DNA from: a virus
Virus record (IMG/VR): IMGVR_UViG_3300033571_009591
Coordinates: 20,216 to 84,215 of that record
Reading direction: 5' to 3' (one strand)
Length of the DNA: 64,000 bases
How positions within the stretch are numbered: position 1 is the stretch's first letter; each line of letters opens with the position of its first letter. Positions 56,201 to 64,000 of the stretch are shown here, in pieces. Both the position numbers and the translations under genes were made by a program. The notes beneath the pieces were generated by a model. The model worked only from the letters and a program-made list of their open reading frames with translations, did no database searches and was not told where the DNA came from.

Positions 56201-57106
56201 GTTCTTAAGACTGGATTAGAACTTGCTTGGGCAGGAGTACAGATTGTCTGGGACCTCATTATTGCAGGAGTTAAGATATTTGTAGCATCCCTAAAGGCTG
56301 TAATTGAGTTTATCTGGGATGTATTAAAAACAGGTCTTGAACTTGCTTGGGCAGGTATACAACTAGTTTGGGACTTAATTGTTAAGGGAGTTACAACAGT
56401 CATTGATAGTCTAAAAACTATTCTAGGTGGTGCTTGGAGTGTACTAAAGACTGGTCTTGATACTGTCTGGACTGCAATTAAACTAGTTTGGGACACAATT
56501 GTTAAGGGTGTGTCAGGTTATTTAACAACAGTTAAAACTGCTTTAGGTGGTGCTTGGAGTGTACTAAAGACTGGTCTTGATACTGTCTGGACTGAAATTA
56601 AAGCAGTGTGGACTACTATTATTACTTTTGTTACAGGTATTAAAGCTAAAATAGCAACAGCTGCCTCAGGTATGTGGAATGGGATAAAGGACTCTTTTAA
56701 GAGTGTTATAAACTATATAATTAATGGATGGAATAAACTTCAATTTAAACTTCCAAGCTTTAAAGGATTAACAGTTAAAGGCGTAACAATTATTCCAGCA
56801 TTTGAAGGTCCTTCTCTAGGAGTTCCTAAAATACCAGTACTGTTAGCAAAAGGTGGAGTTATTCGGCCAACTACTGGCGGAACTTTGGCTACAATTGGTG
56901 AAGCAGGCCGCCCAGAGCGCGTAGAGCCTCTTGATGCAGATGGTTTGTCAGTCCGTGACCGAGCAATTATTGCCGAACTTTCTGGTGGCGGAAGTGGGAC
57001 AACAGTAAACATGGTAATCAATCCTTCTGCTGGTATGGATGAGCGTGAATTAGCAGCAATTGTTTCTCGTCAGATTGCATTCCAACTTCGTAGAGGAGCC
57101 GCATAA
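53279..57106 (+). CDS. tape measure protein
   Basis: 1275 aa, coiled coil, hydrophobic segments, 11-residue Trp periodicity; 51-bp direct repeat 56424/56544. Confidence 0.9.
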   Translation: MAIVGDAYVMIHAITSGLDKDIKDALKNVDKHGSDAGDRVGRNFNKGFQKGSKKGSPFGDFFKGSDAAAAKFSSLTKAGYAIAPLLTALGGTIGVLGTSLISLGSIIGAITVPAMAVLGSSMMSLAQAAVTVKLAFAGVGKAIAAGNKAAKKGTDNSKALKKAKTALERAERALGEAYEDAAKAIKKADEELLDSMKDLHKAREQAKEDLEQLGFDSEDAALSEQKAALELEKARETLARVSDLPPNSRARKEAELAFAEADLNYRRAIDKNNDLKKTEAKNALLGDTVEKQVEGQENVVKALEAVDDAKKNIGETELQNARAIRSATESRDDAKDALNDIKNNTNGVDAYKDALAELSPEARKFVKYIVSLKNVFKDLKAAAGKDLFPKLEKALRNFFRPGNIKIFKGLLQETGSVLGDVAIKFSKTVTKGENLERLQGIWKTNNRLLGKFGDAGNNVYEALLLLLEAAKPLIDAFGDWVVNVTGAWKETLKADKATGKLTSKFKIAKGIFKDLGKIFGNVFGGLGKLFEANTGPGSGGQIFLDYFKKITENFKNLKTIDGKPLKQFFAGAAENGTKLLDLLGKILGGFIKLADDTALGTFFDNLGEAVDILNTIDLGGAMVAISEFAIEIAKFVKLVTDSGSVEVFFGVLKSGLSFLNKILASGIGQALLKVAALIFPFLLALGTIAKVGKFALLVVKGNLDKVAKAFKFLLPNSVYKKIISGLDTIKLKAMYAMDKVKASVKKAGAALINFGKKAVSSAVTGIKSIGTNAKAAGVKLIAMGKAAAGKALGGIVKFAKGSMILLTNPIFLISVAIVAIIAGLVILYKRSEKFRKIANKAFGAVKKALVDALNWAKKNWPLLLAILTGPIGLLVFFVVKNFDKIKKIAGKVWDGLKSGLSRVWAGVQVVWGLIIKGVKLSVAAVGAVLGFVWDVLKTSLELVWAGIQIVWDLIIAGVKVFISALGAVLGFVWDVLKTGLELAWAGVQIVWDLIIAGVKIFVASLKAVIEFIWDVLKTGLELAWAGIQLVWDLIVKGVTTVIDSLKTILGGAWSVLKTGLDTVWTAIKLVWDTIVKGVSGYLTTVKTALGGAWSVLKTGLDTVWTEIKAVWTTIITFVTGIKAKIATAASGMWNGIKDSFKSVINYIINGWNKLQFKLPSFKGLTVKGVTIIPAFEGPSLGVPKIPVLLAKGGVIRPTTGGTLATIGEAGRPERVEPLDADGLSVRDRAIIAELSGGGSGTTVNMVINPSAGMDERELAAIVSRQIAFQLRRGAA

Positions 57107-58263
57107 TGACATATACACAGGGTTATAAAAATAATCAAGTAGATTCGTCCTTAACTCCGCTTCCAATCCCGCATCTAACGGGAATGAAGTTGGAGGAAGA
57201 CATTTCCCTTAACGATTTTGTTTTTAATACAATTGATGAATACGGTGTTGTTTGGGTAATTACAGACATTACTGGGTGGTGGCAACCCCCTACACCTGAC
57301 ATGCTTGATATCAAGCGTGGCTGGGGTGATGGTTCTTATGATGTTAAGGGTCGTTGGAATGCTCGAGACATAACTCTTGTAGGTGTGATTCTCTGCCCAG
57401 ACCCTTCCCTTGCTCCTGCTGCTAGGAACCGTCTTATTACAGCAACCAATCTTGTTTATTCTGGAGGCTGGCTTAAGACTAATGAAAACCCAACAAAAGC
57501 CTCTTGGGTACGCCTTAGCGGTGAGGCTCAGTTCGAGTCTGTGTCTGCCCGCGGCCGCATTGAGTTTTCTATTGGTCTTCGTGCTGCTGACCCGCTCAAG
57601 TATGAGTGGAACGATTCTGACCCTGACGGGTATTTTAATTCACAGATTCTTTGTAAGTCCGTAAGCCCTCCTCGTACAGGTTTAGGAACTATTACAAATA
57701 ATGGAAATTTTCCCGTTAGTACATACATAACAGTTACAGGTCCTATTGTAGGGCCAGCAGTAATTTCTAATAACACAAATGAAGAATTTATTACAATTAC
57801 TGGAAGTCTGCGTGGTGCGGTTACTAAAACTATCAACAACAGAGGTATAACAGATTCTTTAGTTACTATTGGAACCACATCGGCACACGGGTTAGTTGAG
57901 GGTGACATAGTTACTATTTCTGGTTTAGGCACTCCATATAATGGTGATCAGGTTGTTACAAGTGTAATTGGAGATGCAGCAACATCTACTCAATTTACTT
58001 ACGAGGCTACTGGAACAAATGTTTCATACGGTTCAGCATCAGGGTCTTTAGCATATGGCCCTGACACTTTAGAAATCGATACTTACAGTAGAAGCGTATA
58101 TTTAAATGGTCAGTATTATGGTGCACGTAGCAAACTAGAGGTATATAACGACTGGGTAACTTTATCCCCTGGAGCAAATATAATTTCTTTCTTTGATGAA
58201 GGTGCAGTCTCGGCATCAGCAGCAAAGATTGATGTTGAATATAGGTCTGGCCACCTCGGTTAA
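57106..58263 (+). CDS. distal tail protein (Dit)
   Basis: DEYGVVW..ITGWW, ARDITLVG, LRAADPLKY, LSPGANII. Confidence 0.8.
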   Translation: MTYTQGYKNNQVDSSLTPLPIPHLTGMKLEEDISLNDFVFNTIDEYGVVWVITDITGWWQPPTPDMLDIKRGWGDGSYDVKGRWNARDITLVGVILCPDPSLAPAARNRLITATNLVYSGGWLKTNENPTKASWVRLSGEAQFESVSARGRIEFSIGLRAADPLKYEWNDSDPDGYFNSQILCKSVSPPRTGLGTITNNGNFPVSTYITVTGPIVGPAVISNNTNEEFITITGSLRGAVTKTINNRGITDSLVTIGTTSAHGLVEGDIVTISGLGTPYNGDQVVTSVIGDAATSTQFTYEATGTNVSYGSASGSLAYGPDTLEIDTYSRSVYLNGQYYGARSKLEVYNDWVTLSPGANIISFFDEGAVSASAAKIDVEYRSGHLG

Positions 58264-58290
58264 TACATTTTACGCAAAGGAAATAATGAC

Positions 58291-60693
58291 ATGGCAAGAA
58301 ATGAAATAGTATTAGCGGAGTACCGCTATTACGTTGTTGACATCTTAACTAATAGTGTTATTACTGAAATCCCTTTTAGTGGTGTTGTTTATGAGCGTGC
58401 TCTAAGTAAGGCTGGAAGTTTTTCTGGTCAAATCCCTGTTATTGAAGCAACTAAAAATTTAAATTTATATGAATCAACTATGCCTGGAAAAACAGCTCTA
58501 TATGTTCTTCGTAATGGCGCCTGTGTTTGGGGAGGGATAATCTGGAGTCGCAGTTACTCTCCTTCTGATAAAAAGTTAACAGTTGATGCTCAAGAATGGA
58601 TTAGCTACCTCTATCATCGTGCTGTTTGGCAGACCTTATTTTATGGTTCTGAGGGCATATTTTGTTTAAAGTATCAAGCCTTAGGGGGAGTTGCAGTTGT
58701 ATATACCGATATAGAGCATGGTTTTCTTGTAGGAGATACGGTTAAAGTTAATTCTTTAAACTCCGCACTTAACGGAACTCATGTGATAACTGCAGTAACT
58801 CCTGCATCGTTTAGCTTCTCAAGTACAGCAAATCTTTCCCTAAGCCCGTCTAGTACAGGCATTGCTAGAACTATTGTCGACTCTTATGATATTACTCGAG
58901 ACATTCTTGGGTGGCTTAGTGATGATTTTGGCTATAATCAATTTGTTAATGACGCTATTAAACCAGCGTCAGAAAACGAATATTCAGTAGTGAATAAAGT
59001 CATGACCTCTGGGTTGGCAACTCTTACTACATCAGTACCTCATGATTTAATAGAGGGACAACTTCTTGAAATTGTAGATGTTGATACAGCTCTTAATGGG
59101 TACCAAACCATCACATCAATACCTTCCTCTACTTCATTCTCTTTCCAAGTTGCTGGAAGTACCGCAAATATTAGTTCTTCATCGGTAACTGGTATAAATA
59201 TATATAATGTAATAACAAAAGCGACTGTAACTAATATATATACTGTAGGAACTAAATCTGCATCTAATAATATTATAACTTTAACTACCACTGTTGCTCA
59301 TGACCTCTCCGTTGGCGATGAGATTGCTATTGAGAGAGTGGATACAGAGTTTAATGGAAGATATACAGTTGCCTCTGTCCCAACCACTACTACTTTTACA
59401 TACATAAAATCAGTAGTAAATATGGCATCCACTCCTGTAGAAGCAGGAGAGCTTTCCTATAAAACAGCAGTTCTTGTTACTTCGGCGGCTCACGGGCTAT
59501 CAAAAAATAAAACAGTTGTAGTAGAAATAAATGACGAAGCATACGATGGAACGTTTGTAGTATCTAAAATAATAAACTCTACAACATTCAGATATAGCTT
59601 ATTTAGCACTCTTAACGATGCTCCTGAAGCGGTAGATGGAGGAATTATTAAGTGGGGCGGAAGAGCGGTTGCTGGGACATATGGATCTTTCTCTGCTAAC
59701 TCTGACCCTGGAATTGGTGTAACCAATCAAATAAGTAATAAATATATTGGTCTTATTCAACAGGTATTTAGAGGATCTGACCTAAGGTACTTTGGAGAAA
59801 TTCTAGAAGATTTTAGTAAAGACATCAATGGTTTTGAATACCGTATTGACTGCGACTTTCAGGATGGACAATTTACAAGAACCTTTAGATTTGTACCATT
59901 TATTCCCCCTCCTAGAAAATCTGTTGTTATTAATAAAGCGCTTACCTCTAATGTTGCCACTTTAACTACAGAAACTGCGCATCTGCTTGAGGTAGGAGAT
60001 GAAATTGTTGTTAGTGAAGTTGGATTATCTTTTGATGGGACAATTATTGTTGAAAGCATACCTACAGCAACTACGTTTACTTATAGGTCTTATAAATTAA
60101 ATGTTCCATCAACATCTTGCTATGGATATATAGGTCTAATACACCCCATAAGTATTTTAGGAGCAGACCAGTACGTTTTTGAGTACCCTGGAAATATTTT
60201 AGAGTTTAAGATTGATGAATCCGCAGAAAACGCTGCTACTAGAATGTGGGTCGGTGGAAACAATCAAGGTCTTGATGGAGAAGCAAGTCAGCCATATGCT
60301 GCAGCAAGTTCTATAGATTTATTAGGAGCAGGGTGGCCAATTCTCGACCAAATTGAATCCAGCTCCAATGATGAAGCAGGGGAGTCAATGCTTTATGACT
60401 ACGCTGAAGAATATCTTTTAGAGGCTAGACCACCAGAGATGACATTTACCATTTCAGTAAATGGTTCTCTATCCCCTGCTGTTGGAGACTATCTTCCAGG
60501 AGACTGGTGCACAATTATTGTTGATGATGAGTTTGTACGAATGCGTCTTGAGAGTAATCTAGAGCCACGCTCTGATGTTATTGTTCGTAAGATTGTTGGA
60601 TATAAGGTGAGCGTCCCAGACTCACCTGCTTTCCCTGAAAAGGTAGACTTAGAACTCGTTAGTGAATTTAAGGAGGATAGACGCAATGCCTAG
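58291..60693 (+). CDS. baseplate hub / Tal-like minor tail protein with inserted repeats
   Basis: LSKAGSFSGQI, CVWGGIIWSR, FEYPGNI, YLPGDWC. Confidence 0.8.
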   Translation: MARNEIVLAEYRYYVVDILTNSVITEIPFSGVVYERALSKAGSFSGQIPVIEATKNLNLYESTMPGKTALYVLRNGACVWGGIIWSRSYSPSDKKLTVDAQEWISYLYHRAVWQTLFYGSEGIFCLKYQALGGVAVVYTDIEHGFLVGDTVKVNSLNSALNGTHVITAVTPASFSFSSTANLSLSPSSTGIARTIVDSYDITRDILGWLSDDFGYNQFVNDAIKPASENEYSVVNKVMTSGLATLTTSVPHDLIEGQLLEIVDVDTALNGYQTITSIPSSTSFSFQVAGSTANISSSSVTGINIYNVITKATVTNIYTVGTKSASNNIITLTTTVAHDLSVGDEIAIERVDTEFNGRYTVASVPTTTTFTYIKSVVNMASTPVEAGELSYKTAVLVTSAAHGLSKNKTVVVEINDEAYDGTFVVSKIINSTTFRYSLFSTLNDAPEAVDGGIIKWGGRAVAGTYGSFSANSDPGIGVTNQISNKYIGLIQQVFRGSDLRYFGEILEDFSKDINGFEYRIDCDFQDGQFTRTFRFVPFIPPPRKSVVINKALTSNVATLTTETAHLLEVGDEIVVSEVGLSFDGTIIVESIPTATTFTYRSYKLNVPSTSCYGYIGLIHPISILGADQYVFEYPGNILEFKIDESAENAATRMWVGGNNQGLDGEASQPYAAASSIDLLGAGWPILDQIESSSNDEAGESMLYDYAEEYLLEARPPEMTFTISVNGSLSPAVGDYLPGDWCTIIVDDEFVRMRLESNLEPRSDVIVRKIVGYKVSVPDSPAFPEKVDLELVSEFKEDRRNA

Positions 60694-62890
60694 TAGACGC
60701 CGTTCTAGAAGTAAAAACTTAGGCACTAACCTTGCTGATGTTCAGCGACGTATGCGCTACCTTGAGCGTCGCCCTGTCCGTACAAAACTTCAATCAAAAG
60801 TTGTTAGAGCTGTGCATATTAAACCAGAAACAATCACTCCTAGCGAAGTTAATTTTGGTACTGTAGTAATTACACCTACAGAACCTACAGACAGTCTTAA
60901 AGAAGGTGCTATTTGGATAAACCCTGATAGTGGAGCAGCCAATGTTTATAGCATTGATTCTGATGCATTTGTAACGATCACTGATGAAAACGCTGTAGAG
61001 GCGTTAACTATTGCACAGGGTAAAAACAAAACTTACGTTCAACCTGCTGAACCAACAGGTGGTACATATTTTGAAGGTGACCTTTGGATTGATACTGATG
61101 ACGGTAATAAACTTTATATCTATAGCGGAACCGCTTGGGTCTCACGGCAAGATACTGCAATTTCAGCAGCACAGACAACTGCAAATGGTAAAAATACAGT
61201 TTACTACTCTACTGCTGAGCCAGGTACTACTTTAAATACTGCTGGAGATATTTGGTGGAAATATGGATTTACTCGATCTGTATCAAATAAGGCTCTAACT
61301 AATAACGTAGCAACGCTCACTACTACTGGTGCTCATGGATTATCTGTCGGTGTTGAAGTAAAAATATCTGGTATTAACTCTACATTTAACGGTACCTACA
61401 CGGTTGCTTCAATACCTACAACAACAACTTTTACATACGCTAGAACAGCAACAAATGTAGCCTCGTCAGCTGTTTCACCTACAGGAACACTTCTCTATTC
61501 GGATGGCATTATTACTGGTCAATGGACAGGAGCAGGTGGGACAAGTTGGACATCTAACACTATTGGAAACTTAGTAATTGCTAATATTGATGCTGGAAAG
61601 ATTACAACAGGCTACCTTGATGTTGCTGGCGCGGTGAGGATTACAACAAGTGCTACAGCATCTGGTACAGGTGGATTTACACCTAGAATAGAAATAAACT
61701 CCAGCGGTTTTTTTGCATACGACGGAGCAGTTGCTACGGTATCTATTACTAACACTGGAACTGCTGTATTTTCTGGAACTGTAAACGCAACAGGTGGAAA
61801 TTTTACAGGTTTTGTTACTGCAGGAACTGCAAGATTTGGCGCGGCAGTTCAGCCTGGTAAAAATGGAATATACATAAATGCTAATAACTATTGGTATGAC
61901 GATGGAACTTTTAAAACAGGGACAGGTACATCTTCAATAACCTATGACGAAACAGGTGCACTAACTATTGGCTCGGGTGCCGCTATCGCAGGAATTACCG
62001 CTTCAGTATTGGCAGCAGGTGCATCAGAAGGTGCAACCGCTCTTCAACCTGGAAACGGTGTTTTAGATAACGGCAGTGATCAAATCACTAGCATTAGTAC
62101 AGCAAGCGGTATAGTGATTGGAACTGACCCAGCAAAATCAGGGAATGAAGCCCGTATTGAGCTTAGAGCCTCGGGTTTTTATGCATACAATGGAACAGAA
62201 CCAACTGTTAGTATATTAGCCAATGGTAATGCGGAATTTAAAGGAACTGTTAAAGCAGGATCTTTTATAGTTGGGACTGATGCATCAACTGTAGTATCAA
62301 ATGCTGCGCAAGGAGAGACTGCTCTTCAACCTGGAAATGGTATTGGAGACAACGCTAGTGACCAGATTACTAGTATCAGTACAGCCCAGGGGATAGTAAT
62401 TGGAACACGGGTTGATGGAACTGGTGCTCGCGTTGAGATGAATTCTACTGGTTTCTACGCATATAATGGTGTATCTGGAACTCCAACTGTCAGTATATTA
62501 AATACTGGTGCAGCAACTTTTACTGGAACTGTTACTGGTTCTAGCTTTTCATCTACAAACTATGCCAGTGGTGCAGGTGTAGCAATAATTTCTCCAACTT
62601 CTGGTATAGATCAAATTTTGTTTAACAAGGATGGCAGTCAGGTTTCTAGTTATTCCGTTGTAGCTAGTGGAGTAGTTATACAGACGGGGGCATCTCAACT
62701 GACAATGACAACTGCAGGGTCTACTCTTTTAACTTCTTCTGGTAATCAACTTTCTTTAGGCTCTAATATGTACTTACTTAGTGGTTCTGGTGGAAATAGG
62801 GCTGGAACAGGAAATATTAGAAATACTTTTGCATCAACAGGCGATCCTTCAGGCGGGTCTGATGGCGATGTTTGGTTAAAGTGGGAATAG
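60686..62890 (+). CDS. tail fibre / tip protein
   Basis: GKNKTY..GDLWIDTDDGNK repeats, IANIDAGKITTG, Gly/Thr-rich, ends GSDGDVWLKW. Confidence 0.8.
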   Translation: MPSRRRSRSKNLGTNLADVQRRMRYLERRPVRTKLQSKVVRAVHIKPETITPSEVNFGTVVITPTEPTDSLKEGAIWINPDSGAANVYSIDSDAFVTITDENAVEALTIAQGKNKTYVQPAEPTGGTYFEGDLWIDTDDGNKLYIYSGTAWVSRQDTAISAAQTTANGKNTVYYSTAEPGTTLNTAGDIWWKYGFTRSVSNKALTNNVATLTTTGAHGLSVGVEVKISGINSTFNGTYTVASIPTTTTFTYARTATNVASSAVSPTGTLLYSDGIITGQWTGAGGTSWTSNTIGNLVIANIDAGKITTGYLDVAGAVRITTSATASGTGGFTPRIEINSSGFFAYDGAVATVSITNTGTAVFSGTVNATGGNFTGFVTAGTARFGAAVQPGKNGIYINANNYWYDDGTFKTGTGTSSITYDETGALTIGSGAAIAGITASVLAAGASEGATALQPGNGVLDNGSDQITSISTASGIVIGTDPAKSGNEARIELRASGFYAYNGTEPTVSILANGNAEFKGTVKAGSFIVGTDASTVVSNAAQGETALQPGNGIGDNASDQITSISTAQGIVIGTRVDGTGARVEMNSTGFYAYNGVSGTPTVSILNTGAATFTGTVTGSSFSSTNYASGAGVAIISPTSGIDQILFNKDGSQVSSYSVVASGVVIQTGASQLTMTTAGSTLLTSSGNQLSLGSNMYLLSGSGGNRAGTGNIRNTFASTGDPSGGSDGDVWLKWE

Positions 62891-62893
62891 TAG

Positions 62894-64000
62894 ATGACAG
62901 CACATGTTAATGTCTCTGGGTGGAGATCTGTAGTAGCTCTTTATGTAAATGTTTCTGGCTGGAAAACAGTTAAAAATGGATATGTAAACGTAGCTGGCAC
63001 ATGGCGCACTTTTTTTACTTCTGTTCTTACCCCCACAATTGCGTCTAGAGTCACAATTTCACGCAGTAACGCAACGTACCCTTCAACTCTTACAGGCACT
63101 AACTTTAGATGGACTAACTCTACGTCCTTAACATACGTCTTTCAAAAATCTTCCGATAACTCTAACTTTGTAGACATAGGCTCTCCTGCTTTTATTGCTA
63201 ACCCTTCAGCTGGCTCTTCAAACACTGTAACCTACGCGCTTACACTTGCAGACATGCCTGCCTACACATCTTACTATCGTTTTGTCGTAACTGCGGTAAA
63301 CTCTACTTACTCTACGTCGGCTACATCTACTAGCACATCTGTATCGGTAAATCGCCCTGCGCCACTTAACACAGTGGCTCCAGTTATTTCTCCTACCTCT
63401 GGAACAGCAGGTGTCACTACCTACAGTGTAGTAAGCAATGGAACATGGAACCCAGAAGACGCAGATGGAATCTACGCGTATCAGTGGCAGTACAACGACC
63501 AAGGCTCTACATTCGTAAGTATTTCTGGAGCAACAAACTCAACCTATTCTCCACCATCTAACTTCTTATCGCTCTACGTGAGCCCTATCCGTTGTCGTGT
63601 AACTGCAACTAATCCTAGTGGCTCTACGGATGCGTTTTCTAACACGGCAACTGTAGCTTCTGCATTTACCGTTCCGACAGCTCCTCTAAATCTTTCACGT
63701 ACATTAGGTAATGGCGGCTCGAAGACATTTACCTGGTCAGCTCCTGCAAATGACGGCGGTACAGCGATTACGTCTTACCAATATAACCTTGACAGCTTAG
63801 GTTGGTTTACTACCTCGTCGAACAGTAGCCAGTCTCTTACCTTAACAGCAGGTGATCACGTTTTTCAGGTGCGCGCTGTAAATGCAGTTGGAGCTGGCGC
63901 AGCTGCGTCTACTGGCTCTTTTAGAGTACCTACTATTAACTCAGGACCGTCTGCAAGTTCGATAACTTCATCAAGCGCAACTATCTCGTGGACGTCTTCT
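62894..64000 (+). CDS. tail fibre / adhesin with Ig-like and fibronectin type III domains (truncated by window end)
   Basis: open frame from ATG 62894 (MTAHVNVSGW...); PLNTVAPVIS..GTW..YAYQWQ; PTAPLNL..TWSAPANDGGTAITSYQY. Confidence 0.8.
   Translation, partial: MTAHVNVSGWRSVVALYVNVSGWKTVKNGYVNVAGTWRTFFTSVLTPTIASRVTISRSNATYPSTLTGTNFRWTNSTSLTYVFQKSSDNSNFVDIGSPAFIANPSAGSSNTVTYALTLADMPAYTSYYRFVVTAVNSTYSTSATSTSTSVSVNRPAPLNTVAPVISPTSGTAGVTTYSVVSNGTWNPEDADGIYAYQWQYNDQGSTFVSISGATNSTYSPPSNFLSLYVSPIRCRVTATNPSGSTDAFSNTATVASAFTVPTAPLNLSRTLGNGGSKTFTWSAPANDGGTAITSYQYNLDSLGWFTTSSNSSQSLTLTAGDHVFQVRAVNAVGAGAAASTGSFRVPTINSGPSASSITSSSATISWTSS

Noticed and set aside
29287-63502. Short antisense or alternate-frame ORFs in the ORF track
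   Set aside because: Nested in long coherent genes, lack RBS and motifs; shadows of codon bias.
126-64000. Terminase large subunit, integrase, replication genes
   Set aside because: None recognisable in this window; lifestyle cannot be determined.

Overview
64 kb of a large, low-GC (~42%) tailed phage of siphovirus type. The host is probably an actinobacterium of the freshwater type; this is an inference from DUF1360, DUF4192, DUF3846, SLT and head-gene families. Two parts. (1) ~1.3-27.6 kb: an early/host-takeover island of ~60 small genes built as promoter-AAGGGG RBS-gene-terminator cassettes (>30 sigma70/HrdB-type promoters). It includes an AAA+/VWA pair, WGR, ART-like, HslV-like, subtilase, phosphatase and SLT genes. 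(2) 28.2-64 kb: the late operon (portal, three large multi-domain head proteins, major capsid, tail tube, chaperones, tape measure, Dit, Tal, fibres). The least explained signal is non-coding and confined to the early island. There are ~27 copies of an asymmetric motif A (WAGCAAAAAGTAAAAA) and ~17 of motif B (AACTACAAACAACTTC), often paired in 100-bp modules. AGCT is almost absent from the island except next to these motifs. Two paralogous tandem-HTH genes flank an AT-rich palindrome array. ACGG/TGCGG are enriched on one strand, and several candidate small RNAs display anti-Shine-Dalgarno CCCCTT loops. The late region has a 2359-aa head-operon protein with sigma4-like HTH, WYL-like and HipA/PI3K-like kinase domains. 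All counts were made by eye and need computational confirmation.
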